64,000 bases of DNA from Candidatus Latescibacterota bacterium (GTDB taxonomy: Bacteria > Latescibacterota > UBA2968 > UBA8231), in NCBI GenBank assembly GCA_965217095.1, contig OZ244235.1, positions 4,488,175 to 4,552,174 on the forward strand, given 5' to 3'. Positions 29,169 to 38,989 of this stretch are shown piece after piece. The notes below the pieces were generated by a model that saw nothing but the letters and a program-made list of their open reading frames with translations, was not told the DNA's origin and made no database searches. The number at the start of each line of letters is the position of its first letter. Positions within the stretch are counted from its first letter, which is position 1. The position numbers were made by a program, and so were the translations under genes.

Positions 29169-31107
29169 GTGCGCCACGAGGCGCCAGAGAACCGGGTGGG
29201 ATGCAAGGACCCACCAACGGGCTGTCGCAGCAGCCTCGACAACGACAGAGTGGAGTGGCACCTTCAGACACTCCACGTCTGGCAAGCAAGACGGAATGGT
29301 GTAACCCGAAGTGAACCAATGATGGAACCCCCTTTAGCGGCCCGCCAACCCAAACCTGGTGGATAAGGGTTGGTACGCAACGCACGTGGTCGGATATATG
29401 ACCCGACTGCGACTCTGGGGAGGTGTGATACCCACCGAAGCAGAGGCCTTGGAGAATGCCTGCGGCGTACCCAAGGCGAAGTTGCGGGGGAAAAGCTGGG
29501 CACCTCCCCCGTCAAACGGTTCATGGTGAACGTGGGAACCGAGCCGAGTCCGACCGTTATCGGGGCAGCGCGCTGTCCGCTGTGGGGCTTGGCAAGGGAC
29601 GGAGCCTCTGTAGTAGTCCGCGAGCGGGAAAGCCGCTTACATGGCGAAGGGAGGCAGCAAGTTGCGCAGTGGGGTACTGGAAAAACAGGAGGACGCCGGT
29701 GAATGCCAGCGCTTCGTGGCCCGAGGCAGAACAAGCCCGTAATCGAGTACTGGAAATCCAGACCAAACTGCACCGTTGGGCTGTAGAGGATCGAAGCAAG
29801 TGCTTCGACGACCTGTTCAACCTGGTGTGTGACCCGGCGTTTTTGAGTGTAGCCTGGCGTCGGGTGCGCAGCAACAAGGGTGCTCGTTCGGCCGGAGTGG
29901 ACGGACAAACGGCCTACTCTGTGGAGACGGAACGCGGCGAGGAGGCCTTTCTCGCCGAGGTGCGGGTTGATCTGAAGACCCGCAGTTTCCGGCCTCTGCC
30001 CGTACGCGAGCGGTTGATTCCGAAACCTGGCACAACGAAGAAGCGCCGGCTCGGCATCCCAACCGCTCGGGACCGAGTGGTCCAAGCAGCACTCAAGCTG
30101 GTGCTCGAACCGATCTTCGAAGCGGACTTCAAGCCGTGCTCCTACGGCTTCCGCCCGAATCGGCGGGCTCAGGACGCCATCGCCGAGATTCATCAATTCT
30201 GCTCCCGCTCTTATGAGTGGGTGGTGGAGGGCGATATCCGTGCTTGTTTCGATGAGATTGATCACGCAGCCCTCTTGGGCCGCGTGCGTCGACGTATCGG
30301 TGATAAGCATGTTCTGAGGCTTGTAAAAGCGTTCTGCAAGGCCGGTGTCCTCACGGAACAATCGGTGTTGCAAGAAAGCACTTCGGGCACTCCGCAAGGC
30401 GGTATTCTCTCACCGCTGGTGGCGGGCACCGAAGCTGCAGCGTATGACCTGCGCGACCAAACGGGGGTGACTCTCACCCCCATGGGTCTGCACCTGTCGG
30501 AGACGAAGACCGCCATCATGCACATTAGCCGTGGCTTCGATTTCCTGGGCTTTCGCATTCAGAAGCGACGGAAACCGGGCACGGTTGGCGCACGCATCTA
30601 TACGTGGCCAAGAAAGGAATCTCTGGCCCGGTTGAAGAGCACGGTGCGCGCAGTCACGAGAACGGGTCGGCAGAGGCCGTTGAAGAGCCTTCTGCGCCAA
30701 CTCAATCCGGTGTTGCGGGGGTGGGCCAACTACTTTCACAGTACGGGGTGTCGAAGGCCACTTTCAACTACGTGCGGGGCTTCACTTGGCGCCGCGTAGT
30801 GCATTGGCTGCGCCGCAAGCACCCGCGCTTTAATTGGAGGAAGCTGAAACGCCGCTACCTGCCAGGATGGTGGCCCACCGAGGACGGGATTGCTCTTTAC
30901 AACGTCGGCGAAGTAGCAGTGACTCGTTACCGCTATCGATCGGCGCGGATCCCTTCTCCCTGGCTTGCGACAACCGGATGAGACTCTGCGGTCACACGGC
31001 ACCTTGTGGAGAGCCGGATGCGTGGTAACGCGCACGTCCGGTTCGGAGGGCGGGCCGGAGAAACCCACATCACGCGTGTGGCGCAGGGCGCTCCGGTCCG
31101 ACCCTAC
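29169..31107 (+). mobile_element. Group II intron, copy 2 (1939 bp). Near-identical to copy 1 but retains the 29 nt that copy 1 lacks.
   Basis: 5' GTGCG at 29169. Identical domain V/VI. 3' …ACCCTAC at 31107. Flanked by WADGI / YVKAGLE transposase codons. Confidence 0.8.
29699..30981 (+). pseudogene. Intron-encoded RT/maturase, copy 2. The LNPVLRGWANYFHSTG domain-X motif is present, followed by a -1 frameshift in a G-run.
   Basis: ORF 29456..30799 stops after GWANYFHSTGCRRPL…. The remaining C-terminus (VSKATFNYVRGFTWRRVVHWLRRKHP…) is in ORF 30604..30981. Confidence 0.6.
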
Positions 31108-31791
31108 TATGTCAAAGCTGGACTCGAGAAGGACAAGGCGGCGTTGCTAGTTGTCCTGGGCGCCATGAGCGACGGACGCAAACAGGTGCTGGCGGTGAGA
31201 CCGGGACATCGTGAATCGACCGAGTCGTGGTTGAGCGTCTTGCGGGATCTGCGGGATCGTGGTCTGCGCGCACCGGTGTTGATGATGGCCGATGGCGCCT
31301 TGCCCATCTGGAGTGCCGTCGACCAAGTCTGGCCGGAGACGGCGCAACAGCGGTGTTGGACTCACAAGATCATGAACGTCCTCGACGACTTGCCCAAGCG
31401 TGGACAAGGAAAGCGAGGGCGCTGCTGACCCAGATCCCCGCAGCTGACACGCGCGCACAGGCCGAGGCCCGGCGCGACAAATTTGCCGCCCGCTACAAAG
31501 ACCGATATCCCAAAGCGGTCGCCACCCTCGAACGCGACTGGGAGCGCATGGTCACCTTCTATGACTTTCCCCAGCAGCACTGGAGGCATCTGCGCACGAC
31601 GAATCCCGTAGAGAGTCCCTTTGCGTCGGTACGCCTGCGGACCAACGCAGGAAAACGCTACAAGCGGGTCCAGAGCGCCACGGCATTGATCTGGCGCCTG
31701 CGGATGGTCGCCGAGAAACACTTTCGAAAACTTAATGCCTTCGAGTTGCTACCCGTCGTCTACGCCGGACAGAAGCACCAAGACGGAAAGC

Positions 31792-32493
31792 CTATACAGG
31801 AAGAGAAGATGTCAAACAAGCGAAGGATGAAGAGGGCCGCCTGATCTCATTTACACACCTATTGACGCAACCTCCGGCAAGCTGTACAGTGACGGTAATT
31901 ACCTGACAGTCGCCCCTGCTGGGCGCTATGTCATGCAGCCTTTTTCCCCGATGTATTCGGTGCTTCTCAGGCCGAGATTCCAATCCTTTCTTGAAGGCTG
32001 CCAGTGGTGTCGTTCCGTTCATATTCCTGCCCTGATGCGGGCGTTTCTCGTTGTATTTGACCAGGAAAGCATCCAGATCTTTTTGGATGTCGTCAACGGT
32101 CTCATGCCACGTCTTTCGACCGACGACGCGGAAATGCTCATCCAGGATGGTTCGGTGCAGGCGCTCGACGAAGCCGTTGGTCTGGGGTGATTTGATCTTT
32201 GTTTTACGGTGGTCGATATCCTTGAGCTGCAGAAAGAGCTCGTAGGGGTGCTGATCGTGACGACCACAGAATTCGCGGCCGTTGTCGGTGATCACGGGAT
32301 GCACTTGGGCCTGGTACTTTTCGAAGAAGGACAGGACATCGTTGTTGAGCACGTGGATGGCGGTCACCGGCAGCTTGGTGGTGTAGAGCTTGGTCCCGGC
32401 TACGGTTTCTGGAAAGCGTTGGTCCCACTCATCGAGCAGGGCTTTACTCTGACCATTCAGATGACGAGGGGTTATTAGCACACACAAAAGCAA
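31792..32493 (-). pseudogene. IS481-family (rve integrase-core) transposase, C-terminal fragment. Its 3' end runs into the IS256 copy-B right end.
   Basis: VITDNGREFCGRHDQHPYELFL…KIKSPQTNGFVERLHRTILDEHF. Confidence 0.5.
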
Positions 32494-32587
32494 ACACAGA
32501 AAAATCGTGTCGCTCCAGTTTCGCGTTGTGGGTATGGGATTAGTGCGTTAGGTTGGGTTTGCAGCATGGGGATCCTGTTCCCTCGCC

Positions 32588-32637
32588 TGCACCCAATAGC
32601 GCCCCCGTTCGTTCGGCGGGGGCGCTATTGGGTGCGG
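32588..32637. repeat. Perfect 18-bp-stem hairpin CACCCAATAGCGCCCCCG…CGGGGGCGCTATTGGGTG.
   Basis: Inverted repeat read from the sequence. Possible terminator or recombination site. Confidence 0.4.
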
Positions 32638-32859
32638 AACTGGGCTAGCTGATGTTCTCTTGCTTCAATGAGGCCGGGGCAACGAGGCCCCCGGAAAGTA
32701 GCGTCCTCTATCGTGTGGGGCCGGTGTAGCCTCCCGGGTTGTGGAAGGGTGTCAAGAGACAACGCCGGCGAAATTGGTCAATTCTTCCTTGCCCCGTGGC
32801 GCCTGTGTCGTGGCGCTCATGGAATCAATTGTTCAGACGGGGCTCATCACAACGACTGC

Positions 32860-33420
32860 TTCACCGCGCCCCAGATGGACGACGACGACGAGGTGGGGAT
32901 CAGGGCGTCTGCATACTCCACCGCAGTACCGCCCAACACGGCTCGGAGGGGTATTAGGCTGTTGGTGAAGAGGGAGTGACCGTCTCTGGAAATGAGCTGG
33001 GCGCCTTTTTCATAGCCGTAGCCGGCGCGGAAGCCGCTGCCCTGCCTCGCGTCTCCGTATGCGTCGGCATGGAACTCAAAGAAATACCTCGGCACGGGAT
33101 CGGCCCCCGCCTTCACCGTGACCCGGTTGTCCCCCTCGTCGGTGGAGATCGTGTAGCCGGTCTCGTTGGCGTCGAAGCGATACAGCCCCTGCTCGCCGCT
33201 GCCGCCTGCGCGCCGGGCCCGTCGCCACTCCGCCAGGTGCGAGGAATACAGACCCTCGCGCCCTCATCGGACACCCTCCCCTCTCCCGTCCTACGGGCCA
33301 ACAGCGACCGCTTCACCACACCCCACGACGAGGACGACGAGGTGGAGGTGGGGATCAGGGCGTCTTCATAACTCTATCGTAGCACCCCTACGCACCGCCC
33401 GCAGGGGTCTTATTCTGTAA
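32860..33420. repeat. Two diverged ~90-bp direct repeat units (32860-32960 and 33322-33420) sharing the core CGACGAGGTGG(AGGTGG)GGATCAGGGCGTCT…ACCGCC…AGGGGT.TTA..CTG.
   Basis: Compared by eye. GC-rich non-coding region with only spurious ORFs. Confidence 0.3.
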
Positions 33421-33755
33421 AATTGATTGTGTAAGTGGCTATAACACTCCACTGTAGAGGAACGCGTCGTCTCGCGCCGTGTCCCGGCGCACGATGGGCT
33501 CAGAAACAGTAGATGGATACCATTCCAAGGGATTGATGGCGGAACCGGACAGTCCGCCCGTGACGTTCTCAAAGGAGGAGCTATCTCCGCTTCCATAGCA
33601 GTCTTGGAAGGAGATGATCCCTGCTATAATCCGATGGATGAAGTGCTATCCTTCTCATCGTGTCCTTCCTCCTTCTCCTGGGTTCCGGGAGGCTCCACGG
33701 GCATCGATTACCACGACCCCCAGTCCTATGTGGAAAACGGGTGCCCATCGGTGGG

Positions 33756-35299
33756 CTACCTGAGGACAAGCAACCGCCGCGTCTGCACTCCGCCGGGGTA
33801 GAGTAGGTGCGCGAGATAGACTCCCGCTGCCGCCGAGAAATCTCCCTGGTCGCGGGCATCCCAGTGGACCTGGTATGAACCGGCGTTCTTGACTTCATCC
33901 ACCAGGGTGCGCACGGGTTGCCCCAAGACATTGTAGATTTCCAGCCGCACCGAACCATGGGTCGCTAAGCGGTAAGGAATCAGGGTAGTGCTGTTAAAGG
34001 GGTTGGGGTGATTTCGGTCCAGGCCGCTGGTGAAAGGCACCGCCGGCATCGTGACAGAGGTCGGGATAGTTGGCGCTGCGATGTAGGGCGACATATCCCA
34101 CAGTAGAATCACGCCGTGGTTACTCGCAGTGGTGGCCAGGGTGGACCTATCCGCCGAGAACGCCGCGAACCCGATAGGCTCTTCCCAAGTAGTCAAAAGT
34201 CGGCCGGTATCGACCTCCCATAACCGGATTGTGTTGTCGGGCCAAATGCCAACACTGACCAAGGTTCTTCCACCCGGTAAGAACGCAACGGGAGCAATCC
34301 CATCCGTATGTCCTTCCAGGGTAGCCTTGAGTTGGCTGGTCCCAACCTCCCATAACCGAATCTCACCATACCCTCCACCGGCTAAGGTCTGTCCATCGGG
34401 CGAGAAGGCGATGGAACGAACAGGCCCTTCCAGGGTGGCCCTGAGTTGGCCGCTGTGGGGCTCCCATAAGCGAACCATCTTGTTGTCCCAACTCGAACTG
34501 GCCAAGGTGGTCCCATCCGGCGAAAACGACACGCCAGTGACCGCTCTAGAATGGCCTTCCAGGGTGAATTTAAGCTGGCCGGTATCCGCGTCCCACAACC
34601 GAGCCATGCCGTCATAACTCCCACTGGCCAGGGTCTTCCATCGGGCGAGAAGCCTACGAAATGAGGCTCCCAATGGCCTTCCAGGGTGGCCTGAAGTTGG
34701 CGGGTATCGAGTGCCCATAACTGAATCCCGTCCCAGCCTCCCCGGGCGAGGGTGGTCCCGTCCGGTGAGAACGCCAGGGAAGTAGCATAGCTCGAATGCC
34801 CCTCCACGGTGACTTGGCCGTAGCCGGTCGCGGCATCCCACAACCGGAGGGTGTTTTCCCAACTCGTACTGGCCAAAGTGGTGCCATCCGGAGAAAACGC
34901 CAGGGAATAGATAGGGCCGGAATGGCCTTCCAGCGTGAATTTAAGCTGGCCGGTCTCCGCGTCCCACAACTGAACCATGCCGTCATAAAAACTCCCACTG
35001 GCGAGGGTCTTCCCATCCGGCGAAAACGCTACGGAACTGACGCCCCTCGTACGTTGGTTGATCAGGGCGACTTCGGCGCCAGTGTGGGCATCATAGAGCC
35101 AGGTACCTATGCTACTGGCCACCGCCAGCCGAGCGCCATCGGGTGAATACGCGATAGCCCCATTTATCCTTCCTTTGCCGAGACGCGCTTGGGCGCCGTC
35201 GGGCAAAGCCATTTGGGTGTGGTCTTGGGCGAAGCTGGCCGGTACACACAGGATACAGAACAACGAAAAAGTACAGTTCAACAGCAGGGACTTTGTCAT
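33756..35299 (-). pseudogene. Secreted WD40-repeat protein with a C-terminal T9SS (Por) sorting domain. Frameshifted.
   Basis: Signal peptide MTKSLLLNCTFSLFCILCVPASFAQ. Repeated FSPDGxTLAS…LWD…GQL…TLEGH units in frames 34382..35299, 34654..35016 and 33756..34862. C-terminal NHPNPFNSTTLIPYRL…GSVRLEIYNVLGQPVRTL…GSYQVHWDARD T9SS CTD. Confidence 0.55.
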
Positions 35300-35709
35300 T
35301 AGACCCCCCCTCCGTGCTTGTATCTTGGCTCTTACCCCGTCTGATCTTTTTGATCAGTTACATTGGGCAGTATTTGCTGGGGAGGCCGGTTTCGTCTTGA
35401 GGCTGAGACCTTGTTGTTTAGACCGGCCCCCGCCTTTCCCACCAATACCGAGGAGTATCCAACGGGTATTCCCCATATCAAAATCAGTTGGGGTTTAGAT
35501 TGAACTCGACTCTGTTTGATAATAAGGAATGGCCGTCCTGGCATGCGTTCGAGGCCGCCGTGCGTACCACCTATTTCAAGGACGACGAACCCGCCCTCTA
35601 TCGGCACCTCGCGGGAGCACCAGCGTCCCCGGATTGCTCAGAGGATACGCCACAGGGCAGCGGTTTCATTTGGCTTGACATGATCTGACTGGTCTCCAAT
35701 ACTAGTCAT

Positions 35710-35949
35710 ATGGAAACCATCAACGCATCCGGCTTCAAGGCCCGATGCTTGGCTATCCTCGATCGCGTGCAGGCTACCGGAGAGCGGGTGGTCATCCTGA
35801 AGCGCGGTCGGCCTGTGGCGGAGCTGCTGCCCGTAAGCCGAACTCATGCCGAGTATCCACAGTTGGAGCTCAAGGGTACCGTTATTGTGGTCGGCGACAT
35901 TGTTGAGCCAGCGGTTCTGGAAGAACACTGGGAAAGCCTCGGGCCATGA
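35710..35949 (+). CDS. Phd/YefM-family antitoxin.
   Basis: ASGFKARCLAILDRVQATGERVVILKRGRPVAELLPV. It overlaps the downstream PIN gene by 4 nt. Confidence 0.6.
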   Translation: METINASGFKARCLAILDRVQATGERVVILKRGRPVAELLPVSRTHAEYPQLELKGTVIVVGDIVEPAVLEEHWESLGP

Positions 35950-36232
35950 CGGCGCTGCTCGACACACATGTCCTGATCTGGTGGCTCAACGACAGCAATC
36001 GGCTCTCACCGGCCCAGCAGGAGGTTGTCGCGTCGGCCAGTGCAGAGTCACCGCTGCTGGTGTCTGATATTTCGCTCTGGGAAGTGGCGACATTGCACAG
36101 CCTGGGTCGCATTCAGCTAACCATTCCCCTTCGGGCTTGGCTGGACAAGGCGGCGGCGCCGCCTCTGGTGCGGCGGCACGGCATCTCCCCGGCCATTGCG
36201 GCGGAGCTGGCCACGTTGCCCGACTGGGGCGC
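35946..36232 (+). pseudogene. VapC (PIN-domain) toxin, C-terminally truncated at ~36232 where an hsdR fragment begins.
   Basis: MTALLDTHVLIWWLNDSNRLS…VSDISLWEVATL…LPDWG then unrelated sequence. The C-terminal PIN residues are missing. Confidence 0.5.
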
Positions 36233-36235
36233 GGC

Positions 36236-36470
36236 GCCGGCGACGGCTCCGAGCTGGGCCCACTTGGTCTTCAGCTTCTCCTTGCGCTCGACTTCCTCGC
36301 CTTCGGTCACTCCTCGAAGTCGGGATCGATCTTCGGCCGCTGGGCCTTGTCCAGTGTCAGCTTCGCCAGCCGGCTCTCGTAGTAGATCGGTACGGTTGCC
36401 TCGTCCTCAACGGATCGCTGGATGTCGTAGATGATCGACCGCGCTACACCCCGAGCACCACCTTCGAGAC
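36236..36470 (-). pseudogene. Type I restriction enzyme HsdR, internal ~75-aa fragment with a frameshift.
   Basis: Reverse-complement translation [48 protein letters not shown] / [26 protein letters not shown], matching the conserved HsdR …[14 protein letters not shown]…EE…TEGEEVE…KLK.KWA.LEA region. Confidence 0.45.
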
Positions 36471-36600
36471 GTTTCCGTTCCCCGACGGACTGACGCCGAA
36501 CACCCCCGCCGCCGACTATGCAGACGACCCGCGCGCCGTCGCCATCGCGGACGCAGTTCAGCGGCTGGTCGAGCTGCGCGACCGGTGGCTCAGGTGGCGT
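36455..36600 (+). pseudogene. Possible MmeI/PglX-family C-terminal fragment. Low confidence.
   Basis: [13 protein letters not shown]…[19 protein letters not shown] (the FETFPFP motif of the type IIG family), then degenerate. Confidence 0.25.
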
Positions 36601-36751
36601 CCGTTTCGCAGCGGGCGATGGCGACCGCTAGCATCACATCGGTGGTAGACGCGCCGCGTATCTTGAGCAGCCAGCAGGGCGATCCACTCCGCCGCGCGCT
36701 CGGTCCAGCCAAAAGGCTCGAGCGCCAGGTCGCGCTCGTGCAAGTGGGGGA

Positions 36752-37513
36752 TCAGAGCTCATACCGCAGAGACAGGTGCAGCCCGTGGCTCCGCAACGGG
36801 GCCTGTGTCGGCGCCAGATCGAGCCCCACCGGGTCGCGGCTGCCGTCGAGCCATTCGACCCGGCCCGGCCCGGCACCGGTCTCGATGACGCCGGCATTCG
36901 TGTACCGCCAGGCGAGATCGAGCGTCGCCCGCTCGCCCCACGACATCCCCAGGCCAGCCGTCAGTCTCCAAGTCAACCCCGTCCGGCGGGTGCCCGGCAC
37001 GAGGGTCCGCGTCTTCGGGAACGTCATGCGCGTCTCACCGCTGACCACGCGGGCCGCCCCGAGGCCACCGCCGACGAAGGGGCTCAACGGGCCGAGCGGG
37101 CGCACCCCCAAGCCGCGGAGATCCACATACACGGCCAGGATCCCAGACAGCGAGGACAGATCCACGGACACGGATTGCTCACGGTCGGGGGCCAGGAAGT
37201 TGGCGTGACCATCGAACGTAAATCGCGGCCGGTAGGTCAGAAGGGCCTCCAGCCGCACGGCGGGCGCCACGGCGTACCCGAGCCCAAACTCAACGCCTGC
37301 GACCGGGCCAACGTCCCCCACCGACCGGAGCGGCGCGCCATCACCGCCCACGCCGCAGCCGTACAGCGCGGCCGGGACCAGGCTCGCACAGTCCGCGTCG
37401 GTGAAGTAGGTGTCGGCCGGACGGCTCAGGTCGAGTCCGGTGCGCAGGTAGACGTCTTGCGCGACGGCCAGTCCGGGGAGCAGGGTCGCCGCCGCCGCCA
37501 TCACCGCCATGGC
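36752..37513 (-). CDS. Outer-membrane beta-barrel (OmpA/OmpW-like) protein. A serine-recombinase N-terminal remnant is fused in-frame upstream (37513-37711, MLIGYASVSKADGSQSLDLQRDA).
   Basis: Signal peptide MAVMAAAATLLPGLAVAQ, then alternating beta-strand pattern to …HLSLRYEL. The upstream 66 codons are resolvase-like. Confidence 0.5.
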   Translation of the reverse strand, partial: AMAVMAAAATLLPGLAVAQDVYLRTGLDLSRPADTYFTDADCASLVPAALYGCGVGGDGAPLRSVGDVGPVAGVEFGLGYAVAPAVRLEALLTYRPRFTFDGHANFLAPDREQSVSVDLSSLSGILAVYVDLRGLGVRPLGPLSPFVGGGLGAARVVSGETRMTFPKTRTLVPGTRRTGLTWRLTAGLGMSWGERATLDLAWRYTNAGVIETGAGPGRVEWLDGSRDPVGLDLAPTQAPLRSHGLHLSLRYEL

Positions 37514-37654
37514 CGCGCCTGGAACCCCGTGGTGCCACCGCTGCGCTGCGACCCGCGTCGGGGCATCAGTTATTGCGCGAGCGCCTGCGCCAGACGCGAC
37601 GTCGTGGTAGACATGGCCGGCGTCGACGCCATCGGCCCGCCGCGCGTCGCGCTG

Positions 37655-37735
37655 TAGGTCCAGCGACTGGGAGCCATCCGCCTTCGAAACGCTGGCGTAG
37701 CCGATCAACATGTGTCGTAAACGGTCGTTTGGGGA
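37655..37735. repeat. Direct repeat, copy 1 (~85 bp). It encodes a serine-recombinase 5' end with its upstream res-like sequence. The partner copy is at 38487-38570.
   Basis: CCAGCGACTGGGAG…CGTAGCCGATCAACATGTGTCGTAAACGGTCGTTTG versus CCAGCGACTGGGAG…CGTAGCGATCAGCACGTGTCGTAAACGGTCGTTTG. Confidence 0.5.
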
Positions 37736-37793
37736 ATTCTAATTACTTGGCTACCCAAGCCTCAGGCGCACAATCACAACAAGGGAAAGAATA

Positions 37794-38435
37794 ATGACCG
37801 ACACCGACCACGCAATGGCTGCAAACCCGTACTCGAAGTACGCCGATTGCATGGAAGAAATCAAGAAGCGAGCTGAGGTAGTCAATGGCTTTCTCATCGG
37901 AAAGTGCCATGCGATGTATGTCCAAACCACAGCCGAATCAGTATCCCTTCAGATTCGGAAGATTCTAGAACTCATAGTCTTGGCATCCTTGGCGGCGAAC
38001 AGATCGGAATATGCGAAACTCCGAAAGAACTTTCAAAAAGACTGGAACGCAAAGCGCATACTCGAAACCCTCGAAAAGGCAAATCCACAGTTCTATCCAA
38101 CACCGAACAGACAAGTAGTGGATGGAGAGACCGGCAAGGTCGTTTCGCTGGAGAACGTCAAGTCAGGCTTTTTGACAAAACACGACTATATGGCTCTTTT
38201 CGACACCTGTAGCGGAATACTCCACGCAGAGAACCCTTTCTCAACGAAACGAGACCCCAATGCGTTTATGAATTCGGTACCAGTATGGATGGAGAAGATC
38301 AGGCGTTTGCTAAACCACCACACCATCCAGTTGATCGACGACGATAAACAGCTTTGGGTGTTGATGAAGGCCGAGACCGATGGCAAAGCCCACGTTTGGG
38401 AGTTCGAGCGAGTTCCCGAAGGCGAAGTCGAATAG
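37794..38435 (+). CDS. Hypothetical protein (213 aa) encoded by a low-GC cassette between the two direct repeats. C-terminal Rx4H (IRRLLNHH), possibly HEPN-like.
   Basis: AT-rich coding sequence in a GC-rich context. SD GGGAAAG. Starts MTDTDHAM…. Confidence 0.5.
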   Translation: MTDTDHAMAANPYSKYADCMEEIKKRAEVVNGFLIGKCHAMYVQTTAESVSLQIRKILELIVLASLAANRSEYAKLRKNFQKDWNAKRILETLEKANPQFYPTPNRQVVDGETGKVVSLENVKSGFLTKHDYMALFDTCSGILHAENPFSTKRDPNAFMNSVPVWMEKIRRLLNHHTIQLIDDDKQLWVLMKAETDGKAHVWEFERVPEGEVE

Positions 38436-38486
38436 GGAGCTTATTGCGGTGGTTCCCGTCTTTTCTCGGCAGTTCCTGCGGCGCGT

Positions 38487-38570
38487 CGAGCTGCCAGGTC
38501 CAGCGACTGGGAGTCGTCCGCCTTTTGAGACACGGGCGTAGCGATCAGCACGTGTCGTAAACGGTCGTTT
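38487..38570. repeat. Direct repeat, copy 2 (resolvase 5' end / res-like). On the minus strand it reads VLIATPVSQKADDSQSLDLAARRAAG.
   Basis: See copy 1. It overlaps the 3' end of the RHH gene. Confidence 0.5.
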
Positions 38571-38790
38571 GAGACATACCGGAACCCACACAGCGTTGGC
38601 TGGCTCGCGCCGCGAGCATGCGGTTACGGACGGTAGTCTTGCGCTCTTCCTGCTCGAGCCAGTGCAGGAGAGCCGTGTGGATGGCTTCGGGCCGGTCCAT
38701 GCCGAGGTCGGACGCTACCGCATCAAGGCGACGGAGCAAATGAGCGCCCGTGGGAACCCCCACGGTGACCGTGTCTGGATGTCGTGGCAT
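38545..38790 (-). CDS. Ribbon-helix-helix (CopG/antitoxin-like) DNA-binding protein.
   Basis: MPRHPDTVTVGVPTGAHLLRRLDAVASDLGMDRPEAIHTALLHWLEQEE, the RHH pattern. Confidence 0.45.
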   Translation of the reverse strand: MPRHPDTVTVGVPTGAHLLRRLDAVASDLGMDRPEAIHTALLHWLEQEERKTTVRNRMLAARASQRCVGSGMSQTTVYDTC

Positions 38791-38989
38791 GTGGCAGCCC
38801 TCCCGGATGGCCCGACGATACACCCAAAGGTGGCTGTACCTCCACGGATGTATTGGATAGCCTGATGAGTGTGTTTTCGACCGGGCGGGCCTAATACTCC
38901 AGTCGGACGACCGTCAGGCACCAGGCCCGCTGAGGCCTCGGGGGCACCTCGTAAATCCGTTGCCGCCGCTCAAGGAAGAAACCGGTGTC

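Larger units (their letters stand above)
28546..31867 (+). mobile_element. IS256-family element, copy B. A different IS256-family member from copy A. It carries the same group II intron at the same codon position. Terminal inverted repeats ~AATAGGTGTG(G/T)AAA…GAGA.
   Basis: Transposase segment 28647..29168 (MRESTLESADLS…LVYAWADGI). Segment from 31108 (YVKAGLEKDKAALLVVLGAMSDGRKQVLAV…QQRCWTHKIMNVLDDLPKR), then a 1-nt frameshift. Segment 31227..31844 (…FYDFPQQHWRHLRTTNPVESPFASVRLRT…). Confidence 0.65.
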
